Shown: positions 9,412-19,119 of the stretch, one piece after another
How positions within the stretch are numbered: the first letter of the stretch is position 1
How the letters are laid out: each line of letters begins with the position of its first letter
DNA from: an uncultured Actinomycetota bacterium
GTDB lineage: Bacteria > Actinomycetota > Humimicrobiia > Humimicrobiales > Humimicrobiaceae
DNA: 64,000 nt
NCBI GenBank assembly: GCA_964561115.1
Contig: CAZLOE010000002.1
Location: 21,815-85,814, forward strand
Reading direction: 5' to 3'
The notes under the pieces: model-generated
The model's input: the letters and a program-made list of their open reading frames with translations, nothing else
What the model was told of the DNA's origin: nothing
Database searches by the model: none
Translations under genes and position numbers: made by a program

Positions 9412-10482
9412 ATGACAAAAATTGATTGTGGATCAAAAAATACAGGGATTTTGATAAAAAATAAAAGAGAACACATCTTTACTGATAATAAAATCAATAA
9501 GACTATAAAAGAAATAGATTTTAAAAAAATAATCCCCATAGACGATATATATGATTTTAAAGGTAGTCTTAAAAATGAAATAGATAGTGATGTCAGTGAT
9601 AAAGAGAATAAAAAATCCCTAAACATCAAGACCACTCAAGCTATAAAACCATTTATTGATGACCCCGTCAAAATGTATCTTAGGGCAATTAGTAAAGTAA
9701 GACTTCTAACTGCTGCCGAAGAAGTGTATCTTGCAAAAAGGATCGAAAAAGGAGACCTTTCTGCAAAAAGCAGGCTTATTGAAGCAAATTTAAGACTGGT
9801 TGTAAGTGTGGCTAAAAAATATGTCAGCAGAGGTATGGTATTTTTAGACCTTATTCAGGAAGGAAATCTTGGGCTCATAAGAGCTGTAGATAAATATGAT
9901 TATAAAAAGGGTTTTAAGTTTTCAACTTATGCGTTCTGGTGGATCAGGCAGGCCGTAACCAGAGCTATTGCAGACCAAGCAAGAACAATCAGAATTCCAG
10001 TTCATATGGTAGAAATTGTCAATAAGTATATTCGTATTCAAAGAAAGCTTATTCAAAAGCTTAGTAGAGAACCTAATCCTGATGAAATTGCAGAGTTATT
10101 AAGTGTTACGCCAGACAGGGTTAGAGAAATTAGGAAGATAGCACAGGAAACAATATCACTTGATACTCCGATAGGTGAGGGCGAAGAAACGCATATCAGT
10201 GATTTTGTTGAAGATTCGGAAGTTGAAGCTCCTCTTGATGCAGCAACCTTTTCCATGCTTCAGAAACATCTACAAATAGTTTTAAGCACTTTAAAGGATC
10301 GGGAAAGAAAAATTATTAGATTAAGATATGGACTTCTGGACGGCCTTCCCAGAACACTGGAAGAAGTTGGCAGAGAGTTTGACCTGACCAGGGAAAGAAT
10401 TAGGCAGATCGAATTTAAAGTACTATGTAAATTACGGAACACTAGGAAGAATAGCTCATTAAAAGATTTTCTTATAGATTAA
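9412..10482 (+). CDS. RNA polymerase sigma-70 family factor, primary-like (RpoD/SigA-like)
   Basis: Region 2 ([54 protein letters not shown]), region 3 and region 4.2 ([28 protein letters not shown]) are all present. Confidence 0.7.
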   Translation: MTKIDCGSKNTGILIKNKREHIFTDNKINKTIKEIDFKKIIPIDDIYDFKGSLKNEIDSDVSDKENKKSLNIKTTQAIKPFIDDPVKMYLRAISKVRLLTAAEEVYLAKRIEKGDLSAKSRLIEANLRLVVSVAKKYVSRGMVFLDLIQEGNLGLIRAVDKYDYKKGFKFSTYAFWWIRQAVTRAIADQARTIRIPVHMVEIVNKYIRIQRKLIQKLSREPNPDEIAELLSVTPDRVREIRKIAQETISLDTPIGEGEETHISDFVEDSEVEAPLDAATFSMLQKHLQIVLSTLKDRERKIIRLRYGLLDGLPRTLEEVGREFDLTRERIRQIEFKVLCKLRNTRKNSSLKDFLID

Positions 10483-10588
10483 TCTGGAGAGCTAAGCGCT
10501 TAAATTATAATACATTTTTGTCTTTCTGAATATTTAATCCCTGTAGAAATTTAGTCACGTAATTTTCTTATTACAACCTTAAACAAAA

Positions 10589-10627
10589 CTTTTAAGCATT
10601 TTTAGGTTATAACTCGGCTTACAGGCT
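10589..10627 (+). repeat. 39-nt intergenic motif, copy 2 (cttttaagcatttttaggttataactcggcttacaggct)
   Basis: Ungapped alignment to 6619..6657. It lies in a convergent intergenic region. Confidence 0.5.
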
Positions 10628-10925
10628 AACTCCAACTATTTTTTACCTTATAAGCCAACTAAATAGGGTATATTTCTTAGAAATCATTACAGTTTTTACA
10701 CTGCACAGGCTTAATTGTACAGATTTGATTATACAGGGGATATACAATTTTTCAATTTATTTCTTCTATTTAGTACAAGAATTATTTAGGAAAAAAATTT
10801 TAAATCGGGTATCCAATAGGCAGTTGGTATTCTCTAACTATCTTCTTAGTATTGCTATAGAATTTCTATTGATATATAAAATTAATTATTGGTTTGCTGA
10901 TAAAACGTAAAATTTGTGATTTAAC

Positions 10926-11912
10926 TCAATTATACTCTTTTATTATTTCAAACCACAGATTCGCTAATTTATCTAATCCTTTATTAGAAAAATGAACTCC
11001 ATCCCATCTTTCTTTAATCTCATCATTATTTGGACCAGGATATATCTTGGCATCAATATTTACGAGGTGTCTTTGAGCTTGTTGAATATAAGGATCTGAA
11101 TTTCCATAACTATATGTTTCTATAGATACATAAATTGGAGCAGTAACACCATATTTCCTAATTCCATCAACCATTTCCATAAATTCGGCTTTATATTCTT
11201 CAGCAGCCTCAGGAGTATGTTGCCAAGAGTCATACGAACCTTGACTCCAAAACATATGCGTAATTTCCAGTTTATATTTTCTTAATCCATCGATAGCATC
11301 AGTGATCCAGTGATATAAATTTCCATCCGGAGACCAACTTTCAATACCCGATGCTCCGACGGCGATAGGCACAAATAAAACATTATCATATAATCCTTGT
11401 TCAATAATCTTATCTCCTAACCTTGTCCAAACACTGCCTCTTTTTCCGGTAGTGCCCAATAAAGGATCTACGGCTGTATAAAACTTACCATTATAATAAT
11501 TATATACGTTTTCTTTACTGCTATATTTGGTTTCTCCATAATTTGCAGCTTGAGATTGTCCAAATGTTAGGACAATCATCAAACGGCCTTGATTGACTTC
11601 ATTAAAAGACACTTCTTTACGAACCAGCTTATTTTCTAATTTCTGCTCTTCTGCAGTAGTGGCTTGAGTCTCTTCTACTGCTTTTGTATCTTTTGATGTT
11701 TCTGTTTCTTTTACAGTTTCTTCTTTGCTTTCCTTGGATGTAGTTTCTTCAATAAGGTTTTCGTTGGTTTCTTTTGTTACAGTTTCTTTTTCAGTAGTTA
11801 AACTTTCCTGTTTGCTGTACTGTGTAGGGATAATAAGTAAAAATATTACTAGTATTATAACAATTGATATGGCTATACCTATTATAATAAAAATTATTTT
11901 ATTATTTTTCAT
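10926..11912 (-). CDS. Membrane-anchored SGNH-type carbohydrate esterase (DUF303 / sialate-O-acetylesterase-like)
   Basis: N-terminal TM helix. A Ser/Thr/Glu/Lys-rich stalk. An esterase domain with a GQSQAANYG block (GQSN-type nucleophile motif). Confidence 0.55.
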   Translation of the reverse strand: MKNNKIIFIIIGIAISIVIILVIFLLIIPTQYSKQESLTTEKETVTKETNENLIEETTSKESKEETVKETETSKDTKAVEETQATTAEEQKLENKLVRKEVSFNEVNQGRLMIVLTFGQSQAANYGETKYSSKENVYNYYNGKFYTAVDPLLGTTGKRGSVWTRLGDKIIEQGLYDNVLFVPIAVGASGIESWSPDGNLYHWITDAIDGLRKYKLEITHMFWSQGSYDSWQHTPEAAEEYKAEFMEMVDGIRKYGVTAPIYVSIETYSYGNSDPYIQQAQRHLVNIDAKIYPGPNNDEIKERWDGVHFSNKGLDKLANLWFEIIKEYN

Positions 11913-12090
11913 GATAAGCCTCCAAATTATTTTAATTAAATTAAAAGCTGAACCATGTTCCTTTTATCACGAACATTTTACTTCTTTTGTTATTTTAAAT
12001 AAAAAATTTTCACTATGACGGCCAAAGTAAACATTTATATTATTTAATTAATAAATAGGTCTTTCAAATTAACTAATTCCCTTAGAATTT

Positions 12091-12108
12091 GGTTTAAAAT
12101 TTCACACC
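12091..12108. promoter_or_regulatory. Near-palindromic operator-like site GGTTTAAAATTTCACACC, about 180 nt upstream of the esterase gene
   Basis: It matches the better palindrome at 13284..13301. Each site lies within a longer ~35-nt stretch of similarity (12088..12118 and 13273..13303). Confidence 0.35.
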
Positions 12109-12190
12109 TTGGGGCAGCCAATTTAGGTATATATTTTAAATATCTAAAAAGGTTTAAACATGATTTTAACAAAATAAATTAAAGTAAAAG

Positions 12191-13039
12191 TTACTGCTCA
12201 TAAAAAGTGACTGCTACGCCACCAGGACCAAGATTATTACCAACAACTGCTCCTATTTCAGCTCGCATAGATTGTTTTGGGTTAAATGTCTCCTTTATTC
12301 TTTCAGCCATCTCGTCGCCTTCTGCTTTTGCATCAGAGTCGGAAATGGTAACCATTAGTTTATTTGTATCTTTTACCATACTTTTCATGGAGTTTATAAG
12401 CTCATTTTTTGCTTGACTAAATCTTCTTGTAGTTTTGAACTGGGATACTTCTCCCATACACAGGGTCAGTATAGGCCTGATTTCAAGAACTGAAGCAATC
12501 AAACCTTTGGCTCTTCCTATTCTTCCACCCATTATTAAGTATTTTAAGGTGCTTGGAATAAAAAGAACTGTAATCTTTTGTTTTAATTTATTTATGGCGT
12601 CTAATATTTCTTCTTTTGATTTACCATCACGAGCAAGTTCGGCTGCTTTTATTACAAGGATGCCCAAAGGTATGTGCACTAGTTCAGAATTAATAACTTC
12701 TATGTCACTGTCAGATAATTCTTTTCTTGCCATTTCTGCAGAGCTATAAGTCCCCGACATCTTTTTTGAGATATGGATTGAAATTATAGACCCATTTTCT
12801 TTTAAAAGTTCACTATAAGCTTTTATAAAGTCTTGTGGTGTTGGTTGAGATGTTGTTGGCTGCTTTTTTACACTTCTTAATCTTTCATAAAACTGTTTGC
12901 TGGTAATATCTACTCTGTCATCTAAATAGCTTCTGTCTTCAAAATTTACATATAAAGGTATTACTTTTATTCCATATCTTTCAACCAAATCCTTAGGAAT
13001 GTCTGCAGTACTATCAGTCACTATTGCAACTTTACTCAT
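12191..13039 (-). CDS. DegV family (EDD-fold) fatty-acid-binding protein
   Basis: VAIVTDSTADIP N-terminus. 282 aa. DegV-like sequence throughout. Confidence 0.8.
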   Translation of the reverse strand: MSKVAIVTDSTADIPKDLVERYGIKVIPLYVNFEDRSYLDDRVDITSKQFYERLRSVKKQPTTSQPTPQDFIKAYSELLKENGSIISIHISKKMSGTYSSAEMARKELSDSDIEVINSELVHIPLGILVIKAAELARDGKSKEEILDAINKLKQKITVLFIPSTLKYLIMGGRIGRAKGLIASVLEIRPILTLCMGEVSQFKTTRRFSQAKNELINSMKSMVKDTNKLMVTISDSDAKAEGDEMAERIKETFNPKQSMRAEIGAVVGNNLGPGGVAVTFYEQ

Positions 13040-13283
13040 GTCTACTCCTTACACGATATTTATAAAATTAACAAAATTATATAATTATTAATGTTTTTTT
13101 TAAATGTAATAATTGATTCAAATTAAAATATGAGATTTGTTTACATATAACTGCAATTGTATTTTGAAGCATAGATTTAAAAAGTATAAAATTAAGCCGC
13201 TATAATAATAAAAACAAAGGTTTAGATATACCAGGAATAGTCTTGGGATCAGTATATTTTTTAAATTGATTAACTTAAAAAAT

Positions 13284-13301
13284 GGTTCGAAATTTCAAAC
13301 C
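13284..13301. promoter_or_regulatory. 18-bp palindrome GGTTCGAAATTTCAAACC in the divergent degV / GT4-operon intergenic region
   Basis: 16 of 18 positions are self-complementary. It lies about 90 nt upstream of the predicted GT4 operon promoter. Confidence 0.4.
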
Positions 13302-13388
13302 TTTGGTGTTCAATTATAAGAAAGTTAAAATATTAAAGTTGAAAGATTGAAAATATAAATAATATTGCGTTTCTTACAGAAACAGTAA

Positions 13389-13417
13389 TTGACAAGAATA
13401 GACTTTATACCTATTAT
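13389..13417 (+). promoter_or_regulatory. Sigma70-type promoter for the GT4/GH130 operon
   Basis: TTGACA (13389-13394), a 17-nt spacer, then TATTAT (13412-13417). Confidence 0.45.
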
Positions 13418-13485
13418 TGTGAGCAAACAAATTAATAGCTTCAAAATTAATAGGATTAGAAGAATCAAGAAGTAATTAGGGATTT

Positions 13486-14718
13486 ATGGCTAAGCCAAAA
13501 CCAATAGTTTTAATATCAAGTTATTATCCAAGGTTGTGCGGTATTGCTACATTTTGTGAAGAAGCCAGGGAGTTCATTAAAAAGGCAAATCCAGAAAGAG
13601 ATGTTTTAGTAATAAGCCATACAGATGGATCTGGGGAAGGGGTTCACCCTATAATAGATACCTCAAACCGTTTTTGGTGGAAACCTGTGGCAAAAGAAAT
13701 TAGAAAATTATCTCCGTATGTAGTACATATACAACATGAATATGGTTTGTATGAGCATGTAGACAATAGAGGTATTGGGGATAAAAACCAGGGATTTATA
13801 GAATTTTTAGGCTCTATTAACGAATATCCTATTGTGGTAGAACTACATACAGTGCATGGCAGACTGAAGGAATTTGAAGAAAATTTTATCTATCAACTAT
13901 GTGAAGACGCTGACGTAGTTTTATTTAAAAGTGATTACCAGAAGTGGAGATTAAACTGGACTTTTACTCAAATAGGTTGGAAGATGCCTAAAAATATTAT
14001 GATTGTCCCCCATGGAGCGAGAGAAGATGTAAAGTGGAGTGAAAAAGATATTCCAAAATTGAAAGAGGCGCTTGGTTTGAATAAAATTAAACATTTAAGT
14101 AATAAGTTAGTTGGACTGGTGGGTTGGATACAATCTAATAAAAGGTGGGATATATTAACCTCTATGTGGGAAGAAATAATTAAAGAAATAAAAATAAAAA
14201 ATGGTGAGGATTGGGATCTGCTTGCTGCTGGTTTTATGAGAGATGAAGCTCATATAAGAGATTATAATAATTATAAGAGAAGCTTAGAGATTTTAGAAAA
14301 GAAAGGTATTGCACATTATTATGAGTTTATTCCGAGAGGGGAAACTTATTATAAAGTGATGGCAATTTGTAATTTTATAGTGCTTCCAACAGTAGATGAA
14401 ACTCAATCAGGAACACTTGCAAGAATTATTGCTTTAAATAAACCTTATATAACCACAGCTCCTTTGGAGGGATTAACAGCCCAGACTCTTGAAAGTAATG
14501 GTGGACTACTGTTTACAAATAAACAGATGTTAAAAGAAAAAGTCATTAGATTGGCATGTGATAAGGATTTAAGGAAGGAGCTCTCTGAGAATCTTAAAAA
14601 ATATTTAAAAGAAGTTGTATCCTGGAAAATAATTGCTAAAAAATATAAAAGTGCATATAAATATGCAAGACTTAAGAAAATACAAGGGAGAGAAATAGAT
14701 TTTCCACCTGATTTTTAA
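13486..14718 (+). CDS. Glycosyltransferase, GT4-like (retaining GT-B), paralog 1
   Basis: 410 aa. Its N-terminal motif ISSYYPRLCGIATF is shared with the next gene (ISSYVPRKCGIATY). The overall size and layout fit group-1 glycosyltransferases. Confidence 0.6.
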   Translation: MAKPKPIVLISSYYPRLCGIATFCEEAREFIKKANPERDVLVISHTDGSGEGVHPIIDTSNRFWWKPVAKEIRKLSPYVVHIQHEYGLYEHVDNRGIGDKNQGFIEFLGSINEYPIVVELHTVHGRLKEFEENFIYQLCEDADVVLFKSDYQKWRLNWTFTQIGWKMPKNIMIVPHGAREDVKWSEKDIPKLKEALGLNKIKHLSNKLVGLVGWIQSNKRWDILTSMWEEIIKEIKIKNGEDWDLLAAGFMRDEAHIRDYNNYKRSLEILEKKGIAHYYEFIPRGETYYKVMAICNFIVLPTVDETQSGTLARIIALNKPYITTAPLEGLTAQTLESNGGLLFTNKQMLKEKVIRLACDKDLRKELSENLKKYLKEVVSWKIIAKKYKSAYKYARLKKIQGREIDFPPDF

Positions 14719-14763
14719 AGGGCACTTAAGCAGCTTTATAAAAAATCTCCCAGAGGTGTTATT

Positions 14764-15972
14764 TTGAATAAACTCAAGAAGGTTTTAAGAGAAAAATGCA
14801 AAGGAATTAATTGTATATATATATCATCATATGTCCCAAGAAAATGCGGAATTGCTACTTATACAAGTGATTTAACCAGAGCTATTGATCTTATAAATCC
14901 ATACTGCGAATCAAAGATTATAGCATTGATTAGACCGGAAGATAAAATTGATCATCCTCCAGAAGTTAAATTTAAAATCAACCAATACGAGATTGATTCC
15001 TATATTAAAGCTGCCCATTATATTAATAAATCTAGAACGGATATAGTTGTTCTGGAACATGAATTCGGATTGCATGGCGGTGAATTTGGAAAATATATTA
15101 TTAAGTTAATAGAGTTGATAAAAAAACCCTTAATTATAACTGCTCATACAATTCCTGATAATTCAAATAATGGATACGGCTTGGTTTTAAAAGACGTTAT
15201 AAAATTTGCGGATAAAGTAATAGTTATGATGCCCGAAAGCTTAGAGAAGCTGGTGAAAAGATATGATTATCCCAAAGAAAAAATAGATATTATTCCCCAT
15301 GGTGTTCCTGATATACCTCTGGAATCTAATTATAAATATAAAAAGAAAAAAAGATTGGGAGATAAAGTAATCCTGGGGAATATAAATCTTTTATCAGCGG
15401 TTAAAGGACTTGAATATACTATAGAAGCTTTAAAAAAAATAAAGAAGAAATTAAATAATGTTTTATATTTAATAATTGGTCAGACACATCCTATTGTATT
15501 AAAAGAAGAAGGCCAAAAATATAAGAATTTTTTAAAAGAAAAAATCAAGCATTATAATTTGCAGGAAAATGTTAAATTTATAAATAAATATATGTCTTTA
15601 AAAGAGTTGGTAGTATGGTTAAGAATCATCGATATATACATAACTCCATACTTAAATCCACAACAATCCACTTCAGGCGCTCTGGCATACGCAATTGGAG
15701 CAGGTAAATTATGTATCTCAACTCCCTATTTGTATGCGAAAGAAGTTTTAGCAGAGGGAAGAGGAATAATTGTACCTTTCCGAAACTCCCAGGCCATTGC
15801 AGATGCTGTGATAGATATTTGTAAGGATCCTCAAAGGAAACTGGAAATGGAAAAGAAAGCACATAAATTCGGAAGATTGATGACCTGGTATAATGTAGCT
15901 TTGCAGCACTTAGAATTATTTAATGAGATTTTAGATAAACGTGAGAATAAAAGGTCTATCAAGGCAGTTTAG
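14764..15972 (+). CDS. Glycosyltransferase, GT4-like, paralog 2
   Basis: 402 aa and paralogous to the upstream gene. GT-B C-terminal nucleotide-sugar-binding region (ITPYLNPQQSTSGALAYAIGAGKLCIST). Confidence 0.6.
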   Translation: MNKLKKVLREKCKGINCIYISSYVPRKCGIATYTSDLTRAIDLINPYCESKIIALIRPEDKIDHPPEVKFKINQYEIDSYIKAAHYINKSRTDIVVLEHEFGLHGGEFGKYIIKLIELIKKPLIITAHTIPDNSNNGYGLVLKDVIKFADKVIVMMPESLEKLVKRYDYPKEKIDIIPHGVPDIPLESNYKYKKKKRLGDKVILGNINLLSAVKGLEYTIEALKKIKKKLNNVLYLIIGQTHPIVLKEEGQKYKNFLKEKIKHYNLQENVKFINKYMSLKELVVWLRIIDIYITPYLNPQQSTSGALAYAIGAGKLCISTPYLYAKEVLAEGRGIIVPFRNSQAIADAVIDICKDPQRKLEMEKKAHKFGRLMTWYNVALQHLELFNEILDKRENKRSIKAV

Positions 15973-16020
15973 TTAAACCTTTATAAAAGAGTATTAAAAA
16001 ATCAAATAAAAAAAATTCTT

Positions 16021-17028
16021 ATGGATCCGCTAAAAAAAATAAGGTCAATGACTTCAGATATTGGAATTTACCAGCACGGAAAACTAAATAATCCTGCTCC
16101 TAAATTTGGATATGCCCTAGAAGATCAGGCAAGGGCTCTTATAGTAGCCGATGAATTTAAAGATAAAGATCTTAAGGATACTTATTTAGGTTTTATTTTA
16201 AAGGCACAAAGAGAAGACGGTTTACTTTATCATTTTTATTATGAAAATAATGGTAAGGGTCTATTTAAAAATGAAGAACATGATTCAAAATCTAATATAA
16301 AAGAAGCTTACGGTATAACTCTATGGTCTCTTCTATCAACAAAAAGCAATAAAAACAGTTTTATTAAAAAGATTATTGGAAATTTAATTGAAGATGCTTC
16401 CAACTGGACTTCAATAAGAGCAATATCAGCAGCTTTATTAGGTTTGTTAAGTCTTGATTACCAGTATGGTTTGGAAAATGAATTAAAGGTAAAGTTACAT
16501 AATTTTTATTTTGAGTCATATTCCGATGATTGGGTGTGGTTTGAAAATTATCTTGTATATGCAAATGCTTTAATCCCATGGGCACTTTGGGAAACCTATT
16601 TAAAAAGAAAATGCAAAACAAGCTTTGAAATTGCTAAGAAAACAACTGATTTCTTGATAAATAATTGTCAAGAAAATAATATTCCTTCGCCCATCGGGAA
16701 TAAAGGCTGGTATTATAAAGGTGGAGACAAAGCCTTATTTGACCAACAGCCAATTGATTCAAGCTATATGGTTTGCTGTCTTGAAAAAGCATACTATGCA
16801 ACAGAAGATAGTTATTATCTAACCTGGGCTGCAAAATGGTACAGGTGGTTTTTTGGCAATAATATAAATAATACATCTCTTATAGATGAGAATTTTGCAT
16901 GTTATGATGCATTAAATCCGGAAGGTGTCAATTTAAATCAGGGGGCTGAATCAAATATATGCTTCCTGATGGCATTTCTTGCTGCTAAAAGACTGGGGAT
17001 TATTGAGAATCATGCAGCAGGACAATAA
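16021..17028 (+). CDS. Hypothetical protein in the glycoside operon. It is Trp/Tyr-rich and possibly has an (alpha/alpha)-toroid glycosidase-like fold.
   Basis: 335 aa, no signal peptide, aromatic-rich helical composition. Its position between the GT4 genes and the GH130 gene is the main basis. I recognise no confident family. Confidence 0.3.
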   Translation: MDPLKKIRSMTSDIGIYQHGKLNNPAPKFGYALEDQARALIVADEFKDKDLKDTYLGFILKAQREDGLLYHFYYENNGKGLFKNEEHDSKSNIKEAYGITLWSLLSTKSNKNSFIKKIIGNLIEDASNWTSIRAISAALLGLLSLDYQYGLENELKVKLHNFYFESYSDDWVWFENYLVYANALIPWALWETYLKRKCKTSFEIAKKTTDFLINNCQENNIPSPIGNKGWYYKGGDKALFDQQPIDSSYMVCCLEKAYYATEDSYYLTWAAKWYRWFFGNNINNTSLIDENFACYDALNPEGVNLNQGAESNICFLMAFLAAKRLGIIENHAAGQ

Positions 17029-17030
17029 AT

Positions 17031-18077
17031 ATGAACATATTTAGATCAGGGAAAAACCCAATAATATCACCGGAAAACATAAAACCATCAAGTCGTGATC
17101 TCAAAGTAGTTGGTGTTTTTAACTGCGGTGTCACAAAATTCAATGGGGAAATCTTGCTTCTTATGAGAGTTGCTGAAGCACCAATTAATAGTGATCCAAA
17201 AAAGAAACTGGTACCTATACTGAATGTAAAGACAGGTAAGCTTATTATAAAGGAATTAGACAAAGCAGATTATACAGTGGATTTATCTGATTCCAGATTT
17301 GTAAAGACATCTGATGGATGTTACCTTACATCTATTTCCCATTTAAGGATTGCCAGGAGTAAAAATGGTCTTGATTTTGAAATAGACAAAAAGCCTGCTA
17401 TGTTACCTGAAAATAAATATGAGAAATTTGGTATAGAAGATCCGAGGGTTACCCTGATTGATGGAAAGTACTATATAAGTTATAGTGCAGTATCCGATAT
17501 AACTGGCATCACCACCTGTCTGGCGTCCACAACTGATTTTATTACATTTACAAGACATGGTGTAATCTTTATGCCCGACAACAAGGACATTGCCATTTTT
17601 CCTGAAAAAATAAAAGGTAGATATTATGCCTTGAACCGCCCTATATCTGCTGAATATAAGACAGCGGATATATGGATATCTGAATCTAATAACCTTCTTT
17701 GCTGGGGTAATCACAGGAGATTAATGGGTGTAAGAGAGAAATACTGGGATAATGGAAGGGTAGGGTGTGGTGCTGTTCCATTCAGAATAGAAGAAGGTTG
17801 GCTGGAGATATACCACGGAGCATCAAAGGCTAATAAATACTGTCTTGGAGCAGTTTTATTGGATACTACTGAACCCTGGAGAATTATAGCAAGGAGTAAG
17901 AAACCGATAATTGAGCCTGAAATGGATTACGAGCTAAATGGTTTCTTTGGTAATGTAATTTTCAGCTGCGGAGTTTTATATGAAAAAGGAATGTTAAAGA
18001 TATACTATGGAGCAGCTGATACTTACATTGCATATGCAGAGATTAAGTTAAAGGATGTACTTAATGAGTTAAAGTAA
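17031..18077 (+). CDS. GH130 family glycoside phosphorylase-like protein, paralog 2
   Basis: 348 aa with GIEDPRV, YYALNRP and YYGAADT motifs. It starts 3 nt after the stop of the previous gene. Confidence 0.7.
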   Translation: MNIFRSGKNPIISPENIKPSSRDLKVVGVFNCGVTKFNGEILLLMRVAEAPINSDPKKKLVPILNVKTGKLIIKELDKADYTVDLSDSRFVKTSDGCYLTSISHLRIARSKNGLDFEIDKKPAMLPENKYEKFGIEDPRVTLIDGKYYISYSAVSDITGITTCLASTTDFITFTRHGVIFMPDNKDIAIFPEKIKGRYYALNRPISAEYKTADIWISESNNLLCWGNHRRLMGVREKYWDNGRVGCGAVPFRIEEGWLEIYHGASKANKYCLGAVLLDTTEPWRIIARSKKPIIEPEMDYELNGFFGNVIFSCGVLYEKGMLKIYYGAADTYIAYAEIKLKDVLNELK

Positions 18078-18272
18078 GTCAATGGGAACAATGAAATTAT
18101 TACTTCCAGTATGTCTTCCAGCCCGTTCACATAACAGGTCGATTCGCATACTCTGTGAGGAAGTTTAAGCATTTTTTCATAATTTTTCACCTTTGATTAG
18201 TTTATAATTTCTTTTATTTTAAAAAACATTTATTTTTTTCTTTTTTTATTAAATAATATTCACATTATAGAA

Positions 18273-19082
18273 GTGCCGGGAGGGTTTGCGATACTTACCA
18301 GTAATCAATTTGATCATAATAATATAAGACTTCACTATATGAAAAGCCAGGAAAGCGGTCCACCGGTAGTTTTGCTACATGGACTTAGCGATTCCTGGAG
18401 AACCTATTTGAGCTTTATTCCCTTTATCTCATCCTGCTACACAGTATATGTTCCTGATTTAAGAGGACACGGTAAATCATACAGAGCTGAGAGTTATACA
18501 ATATTGGATTACACATATGATATAGAATTATTTCTAACGGAGTTGTTCAGTGAACCGGTATCTCTTATTGGACATTCACTGGGAGCAGCCATTTCGTTGG
18601 TCATAGCTGCCAGGTGGCCGGAAAAATGCAGAAGTATAAGTTTGATTGAACCTTTTATTTTCAAAGACAGGCTGGATGATAAGAAATCACGTAAATATTT
18701 TAAGGGTTGTTTGGAAGCGTGTACGAAATATAGTGATATTGATTCAATCAGTAAAAATATAAAAGAAACAGGGACACTTGCTAGGAAAAGAGCCTCAGAT
18801 TTTCTGAAACTGGATAAAAAAACAATTAAAACTGTACTGGACAGGACTATATTTAATGGGTTCAATCTGGATGAGCTTCTTTCAAAAATAGTATGTCCGG
18901 TGCTGGTTCTGAGAGGAAATCCTAAGCTTGACGCTTTTATAACTGAAGAAAAAGCTGATTATTTAAAGAGGATGATTAGTAATTGTGTTATAGAATATCT
19001 GGAAAAATCAAGCCATGTGGTTCATGTAGATCAGCCGTTTAAGGCAGTTCAGTATCTTTTAGATTTTTTGGCTTCAGTGTAG
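18273..19082 (+). CDS. Alpha/beta hydrolase fold protein
   Basis: HGLSDS oxyanion region and a GHSLGA nucleophile elbow. GTG start in the track. Confidence 0.6.
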   Translation: MPGGFAILTSNQFDHNNIRLHYMKSQESGPPVVLLHGLSDSWRTYLSFIPFISSCYTVYVPDLRGHGKSYRAESYTILDYTYDIELFLTELFSEPVSLIGHSLGAAISLVIAARWPEKCRSISLIEPFIFKDRLDDKKSRKYFKGCLEACTKYSDIDSISKNIKETGTLARKRASDFLKLDKKTIKTVLDRTIFNGFNLDELLSKIVCPVLVLRGNPKLDAFITEEKADYLKRMISNCVIEYLEKSSHVVHVDQPFKAVQYLLDFLASV

Positions 19083-19119
19083 GATTTTAACTTTGGTCTG
19101 AAAGCTTTATATTTATCGT

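Noticed and set aside
10725-10910. 61-aa ORF in the sigma-factor / esterase intergenic region
   Set aside because: It is low-complexity and Ile/Phe/Tyr-rich as expected from AT-rich DNA, with no RBS, so it is probably spurious.
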